DNA of 40,429 bases from positions 1 through 40,429 of the forward strand of contig CAYFGV010000005.1 of the NCBI GenBank assembly GCA_964342845.1, read 5' to 3'. This DNA comes from Candidatus Woesearchaeota archaeon. Lineage in GTDB: Archaea; Nanobdellota; Nanobdellia; SCGC-AAA011-G17; CAYFGV01. The notes below the pieces were generated by a model. It was not told the origin of the DNA, ran no database searches, and saw only the letters and a program-made list of their open reading frames with translations. The translations under genes were made by a program, and so were the position numbers. Below are positions 36,572 to 40,429 of this stretch, piece by piece (within the stretch, counting starts at the first letter, position 1; each line of letters opens with the position of its first letter).

Positions 36572-37471
36572 TTAGTTAGGAGAATATAGGTTAGATTTGT
36601 TAAATTCAATTAAATCTTTATTAGAATCAATGTCTTCTTCTATGTCTGTTTGATTTACTTCAATTAATTTAAAACTTGTGCCTAATGAAGTGGAGACTAT
36701 GTGTTCTATGTCTTCAATGGATAATCTTTTTTGTGAATATTTTTGTTTGTATTTATTATACTCTTGGACGTGTTTTTTTAAAGCTGCTCTGTGTCTAGGG
36801 TTTACTAATTTTCTGTGTTTATAAGCGAAATTTATGACTTCTTTGTTAGTTACAGCTGATAGATTGCCATATACCATATTGCCTATTCTAAATCCTCGTC
36901 TATGGTAGTCATCAAATTGTAGATCATTATTTTCTTTGTTGTCGACTAGCATTATGAGTGGTCTCCAAATCCTTTTTTTAAGAACTTCCCAACCTATTAT
37001 TGGATAATATACATCGTGTTCTCCTGTGCATTTTTCTAGGAAATTGTCTATTGACTCTGCTTTTAGTTTTGGTAAGTCGCATGCAATGAAGAGTACATGT
37101 CCTTGTCCTGCTGCGTTGTAACCTGCTGAGGCATTTTCAAATAAAGAACCTGGTTGTTGAATGACTTGTTTAACTTTTGAGAAATCTTCTTTTTTGAGAA
37201 AAGTCTCTAATCTTGTTTTTTCTCCTACAATATAAATCTCTTCAATATTGTATGAAGATTCTAGAGCTTGTAATGGATAATAGATTAATGGTTTGTCTAG
37301 TTTTCTTAGACTAAATTTATTTGTTCTAAATAATTTTCTGACTCTTCTTAATGGTTTGTAACCTTTTCCTATTAAATAGTCGTCTTTGTAATGTTTATCT
37401 GCTTCTAGTTTTTCTTTGTCTTTTAGATTTTTTCTAACTTTTCCACCAGCCATTAATATAGCTTTTACCAT
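36572..37471 (-). CDS. nucleotidyltransferase family protein (MobA/NTP-transferase-like)
   Basis: AILMAGG, KPL, FIACDLP, C-terminal DID. Confidence 0.8.
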   Translation of the reverse strand: MVKAILMAGGKVRKNLKDKEKLEADKHYKDDYLIGKGYKPLRRVRKLFRTNKFSLRKLDKPLIYYPLQALESSYNIEEIYIVGEKTRLETFLKKEDFSKVKQVIQQPGSLFENASAGYNAAGQGHVLFIACDLPKLKAESIDNFLEKCTGEHDVYYPIIGWEVLKKRIWRPLIMLVDNKENNDLQFDDYHRRGFRIGNMVYGNLSAVTNKEVINFAYKHRKLVNPRHRAALKKHVQEYNKYKQKYSQKRLSIEDIEHIVSTSLGTSFKLIEVNQTDIEEDIDSNKDLIEFNKSNLYSPN

Positions 37472-37528
37472 AAGAAGTGGATATAGTGTTGTTTAATTAA
37501 GTTTACTAAAAAATAAAAAAGAAAGAAT

Positions 37529-37909
37529 TTAGACAAATAATGCGTATAAAACCCATAGCATTAAAACAACCCAGACTATCATAGCAAGCCATGATTTTTT
37601 TAGTAAGTTTTTGTCTTTTAGTAGTTTGTTAGCCCATGTTACTGTTTCTTTGCCGTAACTTGCAAAATTTATCATCATTAGTGCTCCTAAAAATGCCATT
37701 GCTGCAAATATTTGTACAATTGTTAGTTCTGCTAATAGATAATTAAGAATAACCACAGCTAAAACTAAACCAACAATCATTGTTACAGCTGAGTTTGAAT
37801 AGACTTTATCTACTACTTTCATCCAGTTTGCTGGATTTATGAATAGAACAATCATTTTTATAAGGCCAATAATTACGAAAATTAAAGCTATTATCTCTAT
37901 TGGTGTCAC
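37529..37909 (-). CDS. 4-TM membrane protein
   Basis: GTG start after SD GGAGGTGA; four hydrophobic helices. Confidence 0.8.
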   Translation of the reverse strand: MTPIEIIALIFVIIGLIKMIVLFINPANWMKVVDKVYSNSAVTMIVGLVLAVVILNYLLAELTIVQIFAAMAFLGALMMINFASYGKETVTWANKLLKDKNLLKKSWLAMIVWVVLMLWVLYALFV

Positions 37910-38028
37910 TTTTTATCACCTCCTTTTGATTTTTCCTAGATTATGGTGGGAGTGGAAACATCTTATATGTACTTTAGATTTAAGGATTTAAATAATTTGT
38001 GATTTATATTTGGGTAAGTTATAGAATA

Positions 38029-38111
38029 CGCCACGACCCGGATTTGAACCGGGATGACCCGAGGGTCCTAGCTTAGCAGGCTAGTGCCATACCAGATTAG
38101 GCGATCGTGGC
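38029..38111 (-). tRNA. tRNA-Ser(GCT), no intron
   Basis: CTAGC-CTGCTAA-GCTAG anticodon arm and long variable arm; acceptor, D and T arms identical to tRNA-Ser(GGA). Confidence 0.96.
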
Positions 38112-38205
38112 TTAAGATTTAAAAAGATTAGTTATTTAAAAAGGTTGTTGTATTAGGGAAATATATATTTTAGATATTGTAAAATTATTTAAAAGCTAAA
38201 ATTTT

Positions 38206-39350
38206 TTGAAGAGTATGAAAAATAATTATCTTGGTGTTGTTGTTCTTTCTGATATGGGTTCTATGGATTTAGCTAGAAAGGCTCATGCACATTTAGCAAC
38301 AAAGGATCTTCCATTAGAAGAATTTGATGATCAAGGGCTATATATTCACAGACATTGGAATAAAGAATATCAGATAAGAGTTAACCAAAATGTACGAAAT
38401 AGAAATGTGCTTTTATTTATTTCTCCTTTATGCTTACCTCCAGACTCAAGATATTTAGAAGAAGAAAAAGGAGAAATTATACCTGAAGATTTACAATATC
38501 TACCAGATAGTCATATTGTAAAATTACAACATTTGTATGAATTTTTAATAAATGATCCTTCTGGACCAAGTTCTGTTGAATTTATTACTTCTCATCTTCC
38601 ATATCTAAGGCAAGATGTTAAAACAAGAGATAAAAGTACAGGTGTTCCGTTGAGAGAACCTTTGTCTTGTAGAGCATATAGACATTTAGTTGACCATACT
38701 GATAAAACCCGTATTTTAACTATTAGTCCTCATTTTAAACAAATAGAGTCAGTATATAGGAAGCTCCAATCAATAACTTCAAGAGTTGTTTTTAATGAAT
38801 ATTTAGAAAAAAAGTTTGGAGATAGTTTGGAAATGCTTTTAGGGCTGGCTCCGGATTCTGGTGCAGTTCCACAAGCACGTAGATTTTGTAAGGATTTAGG
38901 CATTAGGTATATATTGGATATTGTGGGAAAACAAGGGATAAACCTGGAGAAATAGATAAAGATGAAACAAGATTATATTTAGATTGCCATCCTCATGAAA
39001 TTAGAGACAAGACTATAGTTATTTTTGATGATATGGTAGATACTGCAGGAACTTTAGGTTTAAATGCGAAAAAGATTTATGAATTTGATCCAAATGGAAT
39101 AATTGGGTTAATGGCGCATCCTTTGCTTATGCGGAAATCTTCAGAAATATTAAAAGAAAATCGTATAAAGCTTGTAACCACTGATTCAGTGGCTTGGTCT
39201 AATTTACCTTTTGAAGAAAATACAGAAGTTCTTTCTTTAGATTATGTTTTGGCAGAGGCAATTGATTCAATGATAACTGGAGAATCAATGAGACATTTAT
39301 TTGATTATCAAGAATATAAAAGAGTTAAAAAGGAACAAGATTTATGGTAA
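38206..39350 (+). pseudogene. prs: ribose-phosphate pyrophosphokinase, frameshifted near 38908-38931
   Basis: Frame 1: NVRNRNV, PYLRQD, APDSGAV. The -1 frame continues YIGYCGKTRDKPGE...IVIFDDMVDTAGT...AHPL...TTDSV. Confidence 0.8.
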
Positions 39351-39355
39351 TTTTT

Positions 39356-39637
39356 TTATTCTACAACTTCAAAACTACCAAATTTACCTGGAGAAATCTG
39401 CATAGCCCCATTATATGTTTGAGACCATCCATTTAATATTTTAATCTTATCTCCTTCCTTAACTTTATCAATATCATTGTTCCATAGAGTGATTGTGACT
39501 TCACCTGTGTCGTCTTTTCCTGTTAAATTACATACTTTTAATGAACCGCCTCTGACTTCTCTTGGTTCTTCTTTAGCTGTTATTTCTAAGGTTATTTCGT
39601 CAACTTTTCCTCTGTCCTGTAATTCTTTTACTTTCAT
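39356..39637 (-). CDS. ssb: single OB-fold ssDNA-binding protein
   Basis: DDTGEVTITLWN, EGDKIKILNGW, YNG motifs of the archaeal SSB/RPA OB fold. Confidence 0.88.
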   Translation of the reverse strand: MKVKELQDRGKVDEITLEITAKEEPREVRGGSLKVCNLTGKDDTGEVTITLWNNDIDKVKEGDKIKILNGWSQTYNGAMQISPGKFGSFEVVE

Positions 39638-39675
39638 TTTTATAAATCTTCTATAGGTTTTATTTAAAAGCTTTT

Positions 39676-40104
39676 CTATTCTATAGATATTAGTTCTACT
39701 TCAAAAATTAGAACTGCATTTGGTGGGATTGCATCTCCCGCTCCATTTTCACCATAACCTAATTCTGGAGGGATAGTAAGTCTTCTTTTTTCATTGATTT
39801 TCATTCCTAAAATTCCTTGTTCCCATCCTTGAATAACTTGTCCTATACCTATTGTAAATGTGAATGGATCTCCTCTATCTAAACTAGAATCAAATTTTGT
39901 TCCATCTTGTAGTGTTCCTGTGTAATGGACTGTTATTGTATCTCCGGATTTAACTTCTTGGTCTCCTTCTCCTTGTTCTAAAGTTTCTATTTCTAATTCC
40001 ATTGTTTGTTCCTCCTGTTCTTCTACTTGTTGTGGATTTATGAAAAGTAAAGCAACTATTATAATTATTAAAATTCCTATGATATAGCAGATTAAGTTTT
40101 TCAT
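39676..40104 (-). CDS. membrane-anchored FKBP-type peptidyl-prolyl isomerase
   Basis: N-terminal [42 protein letters not shown]. Confidence 0.96.
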   Translation of the reverse strand: MKNLICYIIGILIIIIVALLFINPQQVEEQEEQTMELEIETLEQGEGDQEVKSGDTITVHYTGTLQDGTKFDSSLDRGDPFTFTIGIGQVIQGWEQGILGMKINEKRRLTIPPELGYGENGAGDAIPPNAVLIFEVELISIE

Positions 40105-40161
40105 CTTAGGAGAGTTGGGGAATGTTTGTTGTTTATATAGTTTTCTTTAGAAAAATAAGTA

Positions 40162-40233
40162 CGCTCCAGCCGAGAATTGAACTCGGGCCGCGGCCTCGAC
40201 AGGGCCACATCATAACCACTAGACTACTGGAGC
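40162..40233 (-). tRNA. tRNA-Asp(GTC)
   Basis: GCTCCAG/CTGGAGC acceptor, TGGCC-CTGTCGA-GGCCG anticodon arm, CCGAG-TTCAATT-CTCGG T arm. Confidence 0.96.
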
Positions 40234-40290
40234 TTAGCTAAAATGTCCATTCTTTATCTTTATAAACTTTTTTATATGAAAAAATAAATA

Positions 40291-40412
40291 TCCCTGTGGC
40301 CGGATTTGAACCAGCGACCTCTCGGGATCAGCTGACTATTTTTCATGTATAGCTAAGTAGCCTTATCAAATAGCATCTACAGCCGAATGCTCCACCGTTG
40401 AGCTACACAGGG
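40291..40412 (-). tRNA. tRNA-Tyr(GTA) with a 50-nt anticodon-loop intron (about 40327-40376)
   Basis: CCCTGTG/CACAGGG acceptor (C1-G72), TTCGG-CTGTAG...CCGAG anticodon arm, GCTGG-TTCAAAT-CCGGC T arm. Exact intron boundary (37/38 or 38/39) uncertain. Confidence 0.92.
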
Positions 40413-40429
40413 AATAGAAAATAAAGAAG

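Noticed and set aside
2363..36589. Short shadow ORFs such as 2363-2626, 3732-3968, 13957-14319, 22241-22576, 29799-30068 and 36287-36589
   Set aside because: They lie antisense or out of frame within better supported genes and show no motifs.
720..38111. Two near-identical tRNA-Ser genes as attL/attR of a 37-kb integrated element
   Set aside because: Both are complete isoacceptors with different anticodon and variable arms, the interval is full of core genes, and no integrase is present.

Overview
Low-GC archaeal chromosomal segment, most consistent with a DPANN lineage such as Woesearchaeota (inferred from the class I CCA enzyme, deoxyhypusine synthase, Dph6, archaeal uS10, BHB-type tRNA introns and TATA-box promoters). 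It is mostly housekeeping: nucleotide metabolism (pyrG-purD fusion, guaB, purA, kinase-dCMP deaminase, nrdR-nrdD-nrdG, frameshifted prs), glmS, RNA/translation modification genes, rnhB, scpA, ssb, an FKBP and six tRNA genes, plus many short orphan ORFs and one 100-N gap. Main observations: (1) an initiator tRNA-Met split by four BHB introns whose motifs overlap; (2) an integrase-less ~2 kb islet at tRNA-Gly, bounded by a degenerate copy of the tRNA 3' end, with an HTH-LAGLIDADG ORF that ends inside the tRNA next to a 53/54 intron; (3) a class III RNR whose glycyl-radical segment is a separate 41-aa gene under tandem NrdR boxes; (4) an ArmA/Rmt-like methyltransferase coupled to an RsmF-like one; (5) a 358-bp one-gene cassette flanked by a 10-bp direct repeat; (6) a candidate UUCG-hairpin sRNA. 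All calls come from reading motifs by eye; no searches were run.
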